Translations under genes and position numbers: made by a program
IMG/VR virus record: IMGVR_UViG_3300020030_000290
Location: 1 to 5,083 of that record
Length of the DNA: 5,083 nucleotides
Direction: 5' to 3' (one strand)
DNA from: a virus
The notes under the pieces: model-generated
Database searches by the model: none
What the model saw: the letters and a program-made list of their open reading frames with translations, nothing else
What the model was told of the DNA's origin: nothing
Shown here: one piece after another, positions 4,675 through 5,083 of the stretch
How the letters are laid out: the number at the start of each line of letters is the position of its first letter
Position numbering within the stretch: the stretch's first letter is position 1

Positions 4675-5083
4675 CCGTCAACCGCCTTTCGTATCAACAT
4701 ACGGAGCACAACGGCACCGAAAACCATAAGAGAAACTATGAAGAGGAACCCGCCAAGATTCTGAAACAAGGCATTGAGAACCGAAATAGAGGACGATGCA
4801 ACGTCAGTATCAACAGTTTCAGTATCGTTCCAGCCCTCAATAGTATCCTTTCCGGTTTCGATATTGTCAGACGCTTCTGGAAACTGTTCGAGAAGTTCTT
4901 CGCGGAGGTTCTCAAAAGCATCATTATTAGCGGGAAACTCGTCACCAACAGAAAGACCAGGCGGCAACTTATTAGCATCAATCCAATAAGAAACAACAGC
5001 AGTAGCTTCAAGACGATACTTGCCAGGAGTAGAAGGAGTGTGCCAAGATGGATAGGAAACAAAAAGAATAAGAGAATCAGAAG
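4671..5083 (-). CDS. C-terminal part of the junction-spanning 386-aa protein (unique part 4671..4989; 4990..5083 duplicates 1..94)
   Basis: It is in the same frame as 1..842, with no stop between the window's right edge and the TGA at 4671..4673. The ORF track's 'M' at 4967 is an internal TTG (Leu). The C-terminus LGGFLFIVSLMVFGAVVLRMLIRKAVDG is a TM anchor with a basic tail, like Ff pIII. Confidence 0.75.
   Translation of the reverse strand, partial: SDSLILFVSYPSWHTPSTPGKYRLEATAVVSYWIDANKLPPGLSVGDEFPANNDAFENLREELLEQFPEASDNIETGKDTIEGWNDTETVDTDVASSSISVLNALFQNLGGFLFIVSLMVFGAVVLRMLIRKAVDG
4990..5083. repeat. Terminal direct repeat, right copy (circular-genome overlap)
   Basis: Identical to 1..94. 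It is redundant sequence, not extra genome. Confidence 0.95.

Larger units (their letters stand above)
1..4989 (-). mobile_element. One full unit of a circular inovirus-like (filamentous ssDNA phage type) replicon, 4,989 nt, with all genes on the minus strand
   Basis: A 94-nt terminal overlap and an ORF that continues in frame across the junction indicate a circle. The gene set is Rep_trans-like initiator, small OB-like SSB, several tiny hydrophobic proteins, large anchored proteins and a Zot/pI-like P-loop ATPase. Coding is on a single strand with T-rich codon third positions. Confidence 0.75.

Noticed and set aside
1-5083. Microviridae-type genome, considered because of the ~5-kb circular ssDNA-like composition
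   Set aside because: There is no ORF of major-capsid size (about 500 aa) and no microvirus-like Rep layout. The window instead has a Zot/pI-like ATPase, a g5p-like SSB and multiple tiny TM proteins, which is the inovirus pattern.
1-5083. CRISPR arrays, IS or transposase genes, integrase, toxin-antitoxin pairs, rRNA
   Set aside because: I found no spaced direct repeats, no terminal inverted repeats flanking a transposase-like ORF, no recombinase-like motifs and no rRNA-like sequence on either strand.

Overview
The window holds one complete, circularly permuted small replicon. Bases 1..94 are identical to 4990..5083, so the unit length is 4,989 nt. Every credible gene lies on the minus strand, and the given strand is purine-rich while the coding strand has T-rich third codon positions. 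The gene content matches a minimal filamentous ssDNA phage (inovirus-like). Reading the minus strand from 2494 downward and around the circle, it contains:
- an extended -10 promoter;
- a Rep_trans-type rolling-circle initiator (378 aa);
- an 80-aa g5p-like ssDNA-binding protein;
- a UUCG-loop hairpin followed by a 74-nt tRNA-like gene (Gln, anticodon CUG);
- a 386-aa secreted, C-terminally anchored protein whose ORF crosses the window junction, which is why the ORF track misses it;
- a translationally coupled string of 43-aa, 55-aa, 204-aa and 37-aa membrane proteins;
- a 42-46-aa coat-like protein followed by an intrinsic terminator;
- a short (207 aa) Zot/pI-like P-loop assembly ATPase;
- a bidirectional terminator;
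- a GC-rich, hairpin-dense intergenic region that is probably the origin and/or packaging signal.

I see no integrase, transposase, secretin or repressor. The most unusual element is the near-canonical tRNA gene in such a small genome with no recombinase. Other points worth checking are an SSB-tip-like acidic C-terminus on Rep, the inverted topology of the minimal Zot-like protein, and a coat-like ORF with no clean start codon. All family assignments come from motif recognition by eye; no searches were run.
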